Shown piece by piece: positions 35,169 through 48,049 of a stretch of 64,000 nucleotides of DNA. The notes below the pieces were generated by a model. It ran no database searches. It was not told where the DNA came from and saw only the letters and a list, made by a program, of their open reading frames with translations. Position 1 is the first letter of the stretch. The number at the start of each line of letters is the position of its first letter. Source of the DNA: Macrostomum hystrix. Its lineage: Eukaryota; Animalia; Platyhelminthes. The stretch is from the NCBI GenBank assembly GCA_950097015.1, contig CATNEN010000037.1:372001-436000 (forward strand), given 5' to 3'. A program made the translations under genes and the position numbers.

Positions 35169-38100
35169 TTAAACCATCGCATTGGCCCCAATGTCCAGCA
35201 CAAATCGACGCCCGCCAGCTGGCTCCAGAAGTTCTTCGCTCAGGCCGAAGAACGGCACACGGCGGACCGAACAGAACAGCGAGACGCTGCCGCGGCGCAG
35301 GCAGAAATTCATGCCGTCATCCAGAGAGCGGGAGGCCGGACTGTCACTGGTTAGACTCCAGGCCTGCGCGCACATAGGGGAACAGTTTGAACAAAGAGCA
35401 AGGGTTCCTTAGAGCAACAAAGACTAATTGACAACTGAAATACTAAAAAACAAAGACCGACAACTGACATTTAGAAGGACAAAGACTAACAGCTGACATC
35501 CTGAAGGACAAAGACTAACAGCTGACATCGTGAAGGACAAATACAGACTGCTGACATCCTGAAGGACAAAGATTAACAGCTGACATCCTCAAGGACAAAG
35601 ACTAACAGCTGACATCCTGAAGGACAAAGATTAACAGCTGAAATCCTCAAGGACAAAGAATGAAGAAAATCACGAATCTCACCTGCCCGGCCATGCCGGC
35701 CCTCGGATCCTCAACTACGCGTCCTTGGCCGAGGTAGCGCTCAACGAAGGCGCGCGGCCCGAGGCCGTGACGAATGCAGGCGGCCAGGTGCTGCAGCACG
35801 GCGTCCATACTGTACCGAGGCTGCTGTCTGGTAACTCGAAGGTAGCGCTGCAGCGGCTTCAGCAGCGTCGGGAACACCGCCTGAGCAGCCTCCGATGCTT
35901 CCATCGGCCGGCCAATAGCGGCCTGGTCTGGGGCGGCTGAGCCCAGCTGCGACGGCGTCTTGCCGATGTGGGCGAAGGCCTCGTCGGCGGCCGTCAACAG
36001 GCGAGCGCGACGCTTGCGTAGGCGACGCTCGTAATCTAGTTCAAACTGCAGGTGATAGAGGTGCCGTACAATTCAGGATTTTGAAAGCTGTGGAAACTGG
36101 GGATCTGGGATTACAAAAGATCAACTGGGGATCCAGGATAACAATGGATGAACTAGGGATCTAAGAGTACTGTGGATGAAACTAGGGATCTGGGACTACT
36201 GTGGATGAAACTAGGGATCTGGGACTACTGTGGATGAAACTAGGGATCTGGGACTACTGTGGATGAAACTAGGGATCTGGGACTACTGTGGATGAAACTA
36301 GGGATCTGGGACTACTGTGGATGAAACTAGGGATCTGGGACAACAATGGATGAAACTAGCGATCTGGGACTACAATGGATGAAACTAGGGATCTGGGACT
36401 ACAATGGATGAAACTAGGGATCTGGGACAACAATGGATGAAACTAGCGATCTGGGATTATAATGGATTAAACTAGGGATCTGGGATTATAATGGATGAAA
36501 CTAGGGATCTGGGACAACAATCGATGAAACTAGCGATCTGGGATTATAATGGATTAAACTAGGGATCTGGGATTATAATGGATGAAACTACGGATCTGGG
36601 ATTAAAATGGATGAAACTAGGGATCTGGGATTACGATGGATGAAACTAGGGATCTGGGATTATAATGGATCAAACTAGGGATCTGGGATTATAATGGATG
36701 AAACTAGGGATCTGGCACTACAATGGATGAAACTAGGGATCTGGGACTACAATGGATGAAACTAGGGATCTGGGATTATAATGGATCAAACTAGGGATCT
36801 GGGATTACAATGAATAAAACTAGGGATCTGGGACTACAATGGATCGAACTAGGGATCTGGGAGTACATTGGATCAAACTAGGGATCTGGGATTACAATGA
36901 ATAAAACTAGGGATCTGGGACTACAATGGATCGAACTAGGGATCTGGGAGTACATTGGATCAAACTAGAGATCTGGGACAACAATGGATGAAAGTGTGAA
37001 TCGGAGGAAACAATTAATAAAATGAGGATCCGGGTATTACAACCGATGGAACTGGGAATCTGGCATAAAACAAGGGATCTAGAATTACAAAGAAACCGGG
37101 GATCTGGGAGTACGATGGATAACAAAGGCATGCAAAAGAACCAAGACTTGAACAGTTAATCACCTGAAATCTTTCAGCAGCCGATGAGGGACCAGTCTCG
37201 GCACGGGCCGACTGCTGGTCCCGTCGGGAGTGACCGGAAGCTGCCGAAATCCGGTCCAACTCGTAGAACTTATAGCCTCGACTTCGATTTCGACTGCCGC
37301 CGCCGCCGCCTCCGCCACCACCGGATGACGTCATCATCGCATGAAGATGCGGATTAAAAGCGGAGAAGTCAACACAGTAACGCTGCAACAAATGCACTGC
37401 GGCGCGCTGCAGGCTAGTCTCGCCTAGGGTGTACAGATGCGATTCGCCGTCCGGCGAACGGAGAACCCTCACCGAGTAGCGACACTGCAGATGCCGAATC
37501 TCCAGCAGCACTACCCCAAGGTAGTGCAGAAACAACAGCGCGTCCGCCAGAGCAACAGCGAAGCGGACCACAGTTGAATAGTCTCGCTCCCGATGGCGCA
37601 CAATGCGCAGCGCGTAGAATAGCCAGAATGCGACAATCACAGCGAATAGTAGGGCTAGTAGGAGGGCGCGAAACGCCAGCACGCGGGGCAGGGAGGCGCG
37701 GGCTCGGCGAAAGAACAGGCACCAGGCGGCCACTAGCAGGGCCAGCAGGCGGAAGGCCAGTCCCAACAGTTGGCCCTCGCAAGCTACGCCGCATTCGTCC
37801 AACTGCCAGGCTGCGAATGCGCCAGATCTAGGCAGAGCCAGCATCAATGGCGGCGAAGCGAATGCGGCTACGCCTAGAGCTGCCGATAGGCCAACAGTGG
37901 AAGCTCTGGCGCAATCGCAGGTGGACGCAATGCCGCCACCATTGTCAGGGTCCTGCGCGGTTAACATTACGTGAATTGGACATTGCGCTATTTGTGGCGA
38001 GGCCTTGAGGGCCAACCTCCAGGGCACAGTGAATGTGTACACTGCCTGACGATGAGAAAGTCAGGGCAAATGTACACACCTGTGTGAGTGTGTGCCTGAG

Positions 38101-38744
38101 TACAGTATCTGTTTGCGTGTGTGGTCAGGAGTCAGCGGAGTGAGCAGAATTGCCTCGCATGGACAGAATAGCTGTACACTGCCTTTAAATATGGTCCGTC
38201 TATTGGGCTAAGTCGAAATTATATTAATTAAGTAGGTTCACAATGGTCAGCATGGATAGCTATTAAATGAAAGTGATTAATAAATCCGATGCCCCTTCAA
38301 AGCTCTAAGCGCACATCTATTTACCTTAAAACCATGATCAGCATCGTAGCAGGTGGAGGCGGCAGTCTCACTCGTTAGCACAGTATTAGTCTCAGCCCAG
38401 TGCTCGGGCGCTTGCACAGGCGGCTGATACGGCCCAGAACTGCCAGCTATTGTTATGTGATAGGGGCCGGGCAGAGCCGATGGGTAATGCTGATAGGCTG
38501 GGGGTGGCAGCAGTGGCTGGCGCTGCTGCTGCAGCTGCATCAGTTTATTAGGGGGCGCCTGCAGTGGAGACTGATGCTGCTGCAGTTGCTGTTGGAAGTA
38601 TTGGGGTTGCGGTTGGAACTGCATAGCCGGCTGCTGCTGCTGCTGTTGCTGCTGAAAATGCTGACGAGGCTGGCCGCCGGCCGACGAGCGGCGGGATTGA
38701 ACAGAGCGGCCGCTGCGAGCCGAGTGCAGACTCTCGGCGTCCAT
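35169..38744 (-). CDS. vang: Van Gogh/Strabismus (Vang-like) planar cell polarity protein, ~588 aa. Exons: 38744-38325, 37952-37164, 36045-35683, 35363-35169
   Basis: Starts MDAES; WAETNT cluster; four TMs with CEGQLLGLAFRLL..WCLFFRR..LPRVLAFRALL; FLHYLGVVLLEIRHLQ; VLRSPDGESHLY; ERRLRKRRARL..EAF; AAQAVFPTLLKPLQRYLRVTRQQ; W-L-S final exon. All introns are phase 0 and GT-AG. Confidence 0.95.
35455..35658. repeat. Minisatellite, 29-bp unit (Vang intron 3)
   Basis: (GCTGACATCCTGAAGGACAAAGACTAACA)n. Confidence 0.9.
36095..36990. repeat. Minisatellite, 29-bp unit (Vang intron 2)
   Basis: (GGGATCTGGGACTACAATGGATGAAACTA)n. Confidence 0.92.
38000..38180 (+). mobile_element. Partial SINE-A in Vang intron 1 (hybrid tail)
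   Basis: GAGGGCCAACCTC...GTGTACACTGCCTGACGATGAGAAAGTCAGGGCA...GAGTCAGCGG, then GCAGAATTGCCTCGC (tail 2 start) and ATGGACAGAATAGCTGTAC (tail 1-like). Confidence 0.72.
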
Positions 38745-41700
38745 GGCAACGCCCCGGCTGGGACCGGCTGGGGCGAAAGTCTGCAATTATATTTTAATAC
38801 AGAATTGAGAAAATAATATTTGGGTTGGCCAGGGTGGGTAACAATAATACCCACATAAAATTCCACCTGAAGCTCAGCTAATGATTCTAGCTCCTTTTTA
38901 AAGTTGCCTGAAATGTAGCAATGAACCTGTCAAAAGAGTGGCATTGTATATTGCTACCAGTTGTTATTGTGTACACTAGATAACTATTGTAGTCATATAC
39001 TTAAGGATCAGTAGAATAGGCCGAACTGCTTTAAAGACTGGTTATAGATGCATTGTCCTTTTGTAATTTAATTTTATATCATCACCTATTAGTATTATAG
39101 TGATTTAGTTATTAAGATATGAATACATCTGCTAAGTGGTCAGGAGAATGAAAAAAATAAAATAATTGATAACCACCTCCCTTTTAAGTATGCTAAGTTA
39201 AATTTAGAGCTGTTAACTGTTAAATAATTTAGTCTACAATAGCTATATGTCTAGCATATCTGTATTTTCATAAAAGAAAAAAGGAAAGTTTAATTAAAGA
39301 CAAATATAACTTTGCTATTTATATGACTAGCTAAGTTGGGTAGGCCTAGGCCTAGCATTAGACAGTGACAAATGTCTCTGATAATTAATATTAAACTAAA
39401 AACAATGCATTTAGGAATTAACTGTTTTTAATAAAAAATATTAGGCAACAGTTACAATAGGGGCCTACTACCTTAACTTAACTTAACAAACGTAGCAGAT
39501 ATAAGTCTAGCTGTTTGAGAATAGAGTAAGTGATTAATACTTCAAAATAAAACAGATACTAAGCATAACACTTATATGAGGGTTTCCAAAAAGTTGTGAT
39601 ATTTTTGCCAATAGGCCTATAGCTAGACCCTCAAGGCATAATGCTCATATTAAATTCAAAAAGTTATTATAAAAATGAAGATCAACCATACAGTAACATT
39701 GAAATCTAGAAGATATAGCTTAAGTTAGCTCACTTTTATCTGAACTTCACAAATGATACTAGTCAATTCTACTCAGTTTAAAAAAAAATTATATTGGTAG
39801 GTCTAATTAGTTAGCTCAGGTAGAGATAAATAAGTGATCATGGAGTGTTAAGCCTATCTACCATCTCACAAATTATTAGTCTGCAGTATTTCTCTAGGTC
39901 TAGGAGGTCCAAAATTGGGTCATTCAGTGCTTTTGAACTAAGGGCTAATGGTTGCCCTAACCTGGGCAGGTCTGCAACATCTGATCTTTCTGACTTGATT
40001 GTTTGATCCAGCAGTACACTGTCATACAACTTATTATTTTAGTTCTAAAAATAGGCCTACTGCATAGAAAGATGATGGTGAATCTCCAAGCCACACTTTC
40101 CACAAGCCAAAATGCTCCACAGAAAGAAGATAGCATGCCTTTGCCCTTCCTTAGAGTGAACATCCATAATTTGGGTTGTAGTAGCAGTTTGGTCAGGCAA
40201 ACTGCCTATTTGGCTAGTAACACAATATATAATATTATTTAAGATATTGAAATTTAAAGCAATTGAAATTTCAATATGATTTTTCACAAACTAAAATTCA
40301 TAAGTACTATTGTTATTACATAGGCCCTAAAGTGAAACAGTAAAATTCTGAACTGGCATATTGTAATTAGATAGTCTGTTAGAAATACACAGTATTGTTA
40401 GCAAAATAAGCTTTGGTGTCCACAACAAATGAAATAAAATAAAATTGATCAAGTGTAAATAATTTCAGATGTTTGTGAATAAAACTCAACAAACCTCAAT
40501 CAAGTAAATGACTAATAAAAAGCATTTTTTAACTTGATCAGTGAATTTTATCTTGTTAAAAATATTTCAAATATGAGATTATGAAGATATCTCCATGGTT
40601 TCAAAAACAGAATGAAAACAGTCAAGTTATCTTAAAGCTTGATATAGTGTGCAATAATATGTCGATATAAATATATAGGGCTGAGTAATGAGCATAAACA
40701 ATGCCAATGCCAATACCGGCATGGAAAGCGCGGAGAGTTTAATGAAAAAGAGAAACTAATGCAAAAAAGAAGTTCAGTACTAGCACATTTATGTTTGAGA
40801 AAGTCAGGGTTTGTGAAGAATTAGCTCAGTTTTGAAACAAATGTGTGCACAAATAATGTATTGCGCAATCAATACAAATGTGAGCCTAGAGCCCTAGATT
40901 AGTCTAACATGCAGATTATTAGTTTCTGAAACAATTACACTTACATTATACACTTACATAGGCCTATTCTCTAGTATAAATCTTAGAAATGGTAATTTAA
41001 TTAGAATTATTCATCGGTTTTGTTTATAAAATGCTATAAACTAATTCTTGGCTTCTTATTTAAAATCGTTCCCCAGTTAAGTATTTTAATCAAAAAATTC
41101 TCTAAACTTTTGTTCTGACCGCAGACGGTAGAAAAAACAATATAACTTTTTGTTTGTACCAATGTCTATTCCTTCCGGCATAAAGTTGCATTTGGCAAAC
41201 TATAGCCTTCTTGTTGTCGAGAAAATTGAGAAAGAAAGATTAAATGGTAAGCTGGCCTGCAGGTAGCTATAGTTAAGTAGAAGCAGTGAACTGTGCGAGG
41301 GCACTGTGTCCTTGATTCTATATTTATGGATTGTTATGTAAGAGGTTGACTGAAGGGGGTTGGCGCCGCTTGGCTGTGAGATATCAATGAGAGCACGCGA
41401 CTAAGGGTAAGAGAGGAGGCTAGAAGGTGAAATGCACGAAGACGAACATCACGAGTTTTCAGCATCTAATCATGTGAATTTTGCAAATTGCCAAATGATA
41501 TCCTCATGAAGTTTTAATCACAACCATTTCCTAACTATCTCTCCCCAGTTAATATTTGTTACAACAGACCATGTTTACTTATTAGTAATAGAATGCTATT
41601 ACTTGTGTCTTTATTTTTTATCACACGGTTAGCAAATTAGCTAGCAACGATAGTTGCATGGCTCTAACACCCAGTGAGTGATTTCTTTTGCGTCAATAAT

Positions 41701-42616
41701 TTGCGTAAAATAATTTATAACTTAATTAATACATCAATGCTGAAATGTCAACTGTCATCTCGTCAGACAACCAGCAGCTGCCTGCTATTCAACCCCGAGA
41801 CGTGGACACAGACAGTTGTGTTAGCTGGACTCAGCGCAACTCGGGACTGCTCCATAAGGCATTTGCCAAGCCTGATGGTGTCATAAGTAAATAGCTGGTT
41901 TACTCCAATTACATGTAAATGTGTTTTTGATGTATGCCTTGTCATTGTCATGAAATTTCTTGCCATTTTCACCATTTATACACCCTAGTGCACTTATACT
42001 GCAAGTAAGAAAGTTTTGATCAAACAAACGCGGTATTCGTTAATTCGTTAAATATTCAAGGCCATATGAACTCTCAAGCTTAAAACAGGGTGTATGACCT
42101 CATGCAGTACCACAGCCAGTGCTCTGAGTAATAGTTAGGGTGTAAAATCAAATATTTATGCATTCTTTCTTTTTGAAACCCAGATCTGCCTAGCGCACCA
42201 CTGGGAGATTTAGGATAAATGGAATTTTTGCGTTCTGTATAAAACAATATTTTCCATACATCTACGCTCGTATATAATATTCCTTTTTACTGCCTTGACT
42301 GAAAGAATCAATATAAATGGCATTTGTACAAGGACCGAATGTAGCAGGGTTACAAGACCAAGCTAAAAGATTTCCGTTGGAGACACACAAATTTTACGTT
42401 ATGTTACGTTACGTTTCGGAACAGACTATGAAATAATTTTGTTTATTTAAAGGCGAGAAAAAACAAATATTTCAAATTGGCGCTAGAATAATATCAGTAT
42501 GCAACTTTAATATGAATCTAATTACAATCAGAGATTGATTTAGTCCGATAGTATGTGCCTATTCAGCTCAGACAAGATCTCCATGAAGTGACGAAGAACT
42601 TTTGCGTCGCAGTTCG

Positions 42617-42705
42617 TCTTGTCCTGTCCCATCTCATCCGTCCTGTCCCATCTCATCCGTCCTGTCCCATCTCATCCGTCCTGTCCCATCTCATACGTCC
42701 TGTCA
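42617..42705. repeat. Short tandem repeat, 19-bp unit, ~4 copies
   Basis: (GTCCTGTCCCATCTCATCC)n. Confidence 0.8.
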
Positions 42706-43479
42706 CGTCCTTAGTTCTATTAACATTCCCATGATTGAAGTCTTGTCTGAGTTCTGGAATACGAATTTGTTCTCAGTCCTTGGTAAAAAAAGAGAAAGTA
42801 ATTAAGAATTACACTAGCCAGAATAACATAAAATCAGAAATAGTTAATTGTCGAAAGATTAAAAAAAAGAATCCGATGGAGGCAAAGGTATAGATTATGA
42901 AAATTAAATCATTTCTAGTTGGATTTGCGTAAGTGAGGGGTGTATAATATGATTGAAATGGCGCATTTAGATTGCATTGCAAGCGAACAAAAGACTTTGA
43001 ATCACATTCTTAATTAACTTGTTTGAAAAACAAATTTAAATTAAAAGTTCCATTATTTATCGTTGCCATATTCAAAACGAAGCTACTGTCAGCGAGTGAT
43101 TCGCGGAATGGTATTGACTAGACCTTAAAACAACCAAATCTTTTAACAAAAAACGTAAAGTAGTATCGATTGATAGTAAGATTAACATATAGCTCTAATA
43201 TTGTTCACTGTTTTATAGTCGCTCACAGAACAATCCAGGAAAATGAATTGAACACGACAAATTAACATTTGACGCCATTCAAACTTTCACTGCTAACTTC
43301 GCGCTTTTTTTATCAAGACTAATAGCTGTTCATCAGATGCTGCAGGCTCAGTGACAAGACGATGACAGTCAGGAGAATCGACATTGGCGAGGGCACAGAA
43401 CAACCTAGTGCGCCATCGCTGCTGGCAAGTTGACTGAAGGAGACTGAAATGGTGCAGCAAAAATAACTGAAAATAATAT

Positions 43480-43735
43480 TTTTTACACCCGCCCCAATCA
43501 CGACAGATGTGCAGCCGACAGCGCAGCCGGAGATATTGCGTGGTGCATCTCAAGGCTGCGTACGGCTGTTCAGTCCATGGACTGGGGAGACGCAGTAACT
43601 ATACCCTCAATTACCCCAGGCTGATGCCGGGTACCCATTGAAGGGCTGGGTAAACTGAAACAATGCTGAGTTAAGTGTCTTGCTAAGCGACATGACGTAC
43701 TTTTACGACCTTTAAGTCACTAGGCTACAACCCCC
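43480..43735 (-). mobile_element. CORE-type SINE family B, with contiguous tail 1
   Basis: The reverse complement reads AAGACACTTAAC...CCCAGCCCTTCAATGGGTACCC...GGGGTAATTGAGGGT...CAGTCCATGGACTGAACAGCCGTACGCAGCC...GCTGTCGGCTGCACATCTG...GGTGTAA. Confidence 0.75.
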
Positions 43736-44694
43736 TCAGATGTACAGCTCTGTTATGGTTGTTTACAATCAACCTCTTACAGAAACGCTTTCATTAGATG
43801 CAACTAGTAAGACTAGACTAAGGTACAGACAATTAATTTTAGTCCAAGCAATATGTGACCAACATTTTGTTGATGAGAAAAGCATAGCTGTTTCTTGGAA
43901 TTGGAATATTTAAATTGGTGCCACTTCGTGGCAAGGATGACTTGGCTTGTTAGCTTGGGGTTTTGAGTTAGCAATTGGCAGTTCATTTTATATGAATTTT
44001 AACAAGCTATTTCGTTAATCCTTTACTTCTACTTTCTTAACCTAAGCTGTGAGACGCGGAGAAGGGATCCATGTGGTAGTTGCTTCACGGTTGGTCCCCG
44101 TTAATTTCTACTTTTTTATTACCCATAAACAGATTAAGGGCGAGAATCGTAAATGGCTCGCCCGTGAACGAGAGAGAGAAAAGAGAGAGTTAGTCGGGGG
44201 AACACTTTTCATTTTTGCACACACACGCATGTACATTCTGCAGAGTACATCCATTTCTGGGATCTCAATTTATAGCTTTCCCCTTTTTATATTCCGCTCC
44301 TAGGCCGTTGAGTTCAGTTTAAAATACTATCTACTCGATTGCATGTGCCTTGTCTGTGTTCCAGTCTACAGGTTAGGCGATCGATCAATCAACAGAAAAC
44401 TGTAGTGTGGCTTCAAAACTATCAGCATATTATTGACTGATAAAAGTACACGCGCGCGCTCGTAAAGGAAATAATCGATACCGGAACTTCTATAATCTCC
44501 ATTGACAGAGACGCGCAGTCATGATAAAAGCTTTAGCCATTGCTAGAAACAGTAGAGGCAGGAGTTGGATGCAGTAGATCAACCAGAACAGAGTTCGACA
44601 AAGTAATTTGCTACTGAGAGACTGAGAGAAATCCAATGAGCTGATACGACAGAAATTAATTTAAGTGACAATAGGGGATAGGATTGACAGCAGA

Positions 44695-45215
44695 AATGAG
44701 ACACGGGAGAGATGAGACACGGGAGAGGTGAGACACGGGAGAGATGTGACACGGGAGAGATGTGACACGGGAGAGATGAGACACGGGAGAGGTGAGACAC
44801 GGGAGAGATGAGACACGGGATATATGAGACACGGGAGAGATGAGACACGGGAGAGATGAGACACGGGAGAGGTGAGACACGGGAGAGATGAGACACGGGA
44901 GCGATGAGACACGGGAGAGATGAGACACAGGAGAGATGAGACACGGGAGAGATGAGACACGGGAGAGATGAGACATGGGAAAGATGAGACACGGGAGAGA
45001 TGAGACACGGGAGAGATGAGACACGGGAGAGATGAGACACAGGAGAGATGAGACATGGGAAAGATGAGACACGGGAGAGATGAGACACGGGAGAGATGAG
45101 ACACGGGAGAGATGAGACATGGGAAAGATGAGACACGGGAGAGATAATACACGAGAGATGAGACAGCGAAGGGTTGTGCAGAGAAATGAGACTCGGAGCG
45201 ATGAGACACGGGAGC
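44695..45215. repeat. Minisatellite, 16-bp unit
   Basis: (ATGAGACACGGGAGAG)n. Confidence 0.93.
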
Positions 45216-45344
45216 GGAGGGGTGATGGGTTGGAAGAGGACCAGGTGTCAGATTCAGGAGCTTTGCGTGTCGTACCAGTTTGCCAATCCCTGAACTAGAC
45301 GACCTGCCTCGCGTGCAATTGAGGAATGTTCCACAGGGATAAGG

Positions 45345-45372
45345 GGTGTGTGTGTGTGTGTGTGTGTGTGTG
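45345..45372. repeat. (GT)n microsatellite
   Basis: Perfect GT run. Confidence 0.9.
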
Positions 45373-45703
45373 CGCCTGGATACTAAGCTTACATCATTTA
45401 GTCGTGCCACTGACGCGACGATGCGAGGAAAGAAAATTGATAAAGTAAGTATCGATCAGAAATCGACTAGCTTCACGTTGAAACTGGCCCGGCTTCACGG
45501 TGGGGTAGACAAACGAGAGGAGACCGTGGCGAGTTGCTCTCAACTCACGCGAGACTGACTGCTCAGCCGAGAAAGATGAGGGAGCTGAGGAAAGAAAAAT
45601 TGACGGCAGGCAAAATGAGGAAATGAGTGGGAGAGAGGGTAAGAGATGGGCGCAGGCTGTATGCTGTAAAGCTGAAGGACTTTAAGTGTCGCACCTGCAA
45701 CTG

Positions 45704-47240
45704 TCAGCAATGGTCGAAACCATTGATTAAGCATGCAAGCAGGATGAACTTGGGAAAGAAAAAATGATGGACAGAAAATGAACTGAACCGTCCCTCCCTG
45801 CTTACTTTAGTGAGGATTCTTTTTTACATTTTTTCTCTTTGCATTTCTCTTCCTCTTCCCCAGCATCTGTACCAAGTTGTTCTGAATCAAACTGAGGACA
45901 GAACCACCCCCTCTGTACACTGTCCGCAATGTCACTAAGCAATGTCAGGTTTGCTAGGGAAGCTATCAGGACATGTGAGCACCCTGTCACTCTCTATCTG
46001 TGTTCTCTCCCGGTCTCTGTGCAAGTTAATGTAATTACTGGCTTTCCAAGCTAATCAAATCTCCTTGGTCGTTTGTGTGTTTTTTCATGAGCAAGGGCAG
46101 ACCTACCGTTTTACCGGCTGTTGTTGTTGTACACGAGAAAAAGACGGGTTGCTTTAGAAGATTTCTTTAATGTAGCATTTTTTCAAAGGCTGCTGTAGGT
46201 TCTAATGATGTTTCTGGGCAAAGCAAGACATGGGTAAGGTATTCTTCTTGTCTTTAATCAACTCACTTGATGGCTTGTAGGGATTCTTAATCAGCCGGCG
46301 CATGACAAAGTCCATCCCCTCCTGGCATTCGGGCTTCAGATCCGGCTCCAAGATGATGAAGGAGTGGCTCAGGAAAGTCTTGGTAGTCTCTAAGCTCATC
46401 GGACAGGTGGCATCGGCCGTTGAGTTCGCTTGGCACTGACGACTCGACTGCGCCAGTGGGGTCGGCCAGATTGTGACAGAGTCCCGATTCTCACGGCAGC
46501 GAAGGGCGGCCATCACGGCATCGAGCTCGCGACCCTCCCGGACGAAGCCATTTTCGTTGATATGAGCAACGCCTGGAATTTTAGCAGATACGTAGCTATT
46601 CACTATTGGTGTCTTGCGCAAGGACAGAAACTGTTTCCACTGGGCTGAGAATCGAACTTCCGACCTCTAGATCGTTAGCAAAAATAATCCTAGTCTACAA
46701 TATTCCATCATGGAAGACATTTCAAACCAAAAACTTTTCCCACCCCGAATCAGAACAATATTCCTAACCGTCGCTGTAGGTGACAAAGAACAATCCATTG
46801 TCTCCATCCTCGCATTTGATGCTCAAGCATAGTCCGGTCTCCTGGTCGGTTCGGAAGCCGACCACCTCAATCTCGTCCAAATTTAGCCGGCCCTTCAAAT
46901 AGCATTGGACGCGAACTCGAATCTTGTAATCGTCGCCCAGCGGTGAGTTGGCCTCCTTAATCACGTGACTAACAGTGCCGATGAAGACCAGATTAGACGT
47001 TAGATAGCGAGTCCCATGATACTTAGGATCCATCTGCCTGCCTTCGCCAAAGATGAAAGTCAGACTCTTGAGTTTCATGCAGCCATTTGGCCCGTACCTG
47101 GCCCAGTCGAACATCTGCTGGGTTTGGGCATAGGCGCAGCGTCCGACATTGGCCTGCTGGGGCAGTTCAGCCCTCACCGCCTGCCAGATGCAGACAATCA
47201 GCACAATGGCCAAGCACAATTGCGATGCTATGGTTGCCAT
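45704..47240 (-). CDS. Signal-peptide protein with an agrin N-terminal (NtA, TIMP-like OB-fold) domain. Exons 47240-46769 and 46572-46267; 3' exons tentative (45934-45873, 45748-45704)
   Basis: MATIASQLCLAIVLIVCIWQAVRA looks like a signal peptide. VFIGTV..YKIRVRVQCYLKG..EVVGF..C..GLFFV followed by a helical LDAVMAALRC resembles the agrin NtA pattern (recalled, not searched). Donor GTTAGG at 46768, acceptor TTCCAG before 46572 and donor GTGAGT at 46266 are all phase 1. The tentative 3' exons give GGGSVLSLIQNNLFILLACLINGFDHC*. Confidence 0.7.
46590..46690 (-). mobile_element. SINE-B head and CORE-start fragment in intron 1 of the NtA gene
   Basis: GAGGTCGGAAGTTCGATTCTCAGCCCAGTGGAAACAGTTTCTGTCCTTGCGCAAGACAC aligns to 28997-29060. 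Confidence 0.65.
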
Positions 47241-47667
47241 GCGGCCGAGATGCAACGCGGTGAGCAGTGATTTGCTTCTCCTTTTTACTATATATTTCTC
47301 CCACAGAGCGTGGCTTTGATGCAGCAGCTGCTTGTGGGCGTAAGGACGATATAAATGGGCCGAGAAATATGCGAATGGGAGAAAAGAGAGAGGAAGAGCG
47401 GGACAGGGGAGTGCAGGGAGTGGCCCAGTCTGTGTGGTACACGGCTTCTGGATCTCTCCCTCACCCGTCAGTATATGCTTGCACGTGCTTCGCCTTTGCT
47501 CTCTACCCATGCCACACACTCTCTGTCTGTCTCTCACACAGCCACTCACGTCAGTGCCAAGGGCTACGGTTGGAGTAGAGAGAGACACAAAGAATTTACG
47601 ATCTACTTGCCTTTTTTGGCAATTTTTAGGACCATTTCGAGTTGTACTACAGGGATCTATAGGAACA

Positions 47668-48049
<382 letters not shown>

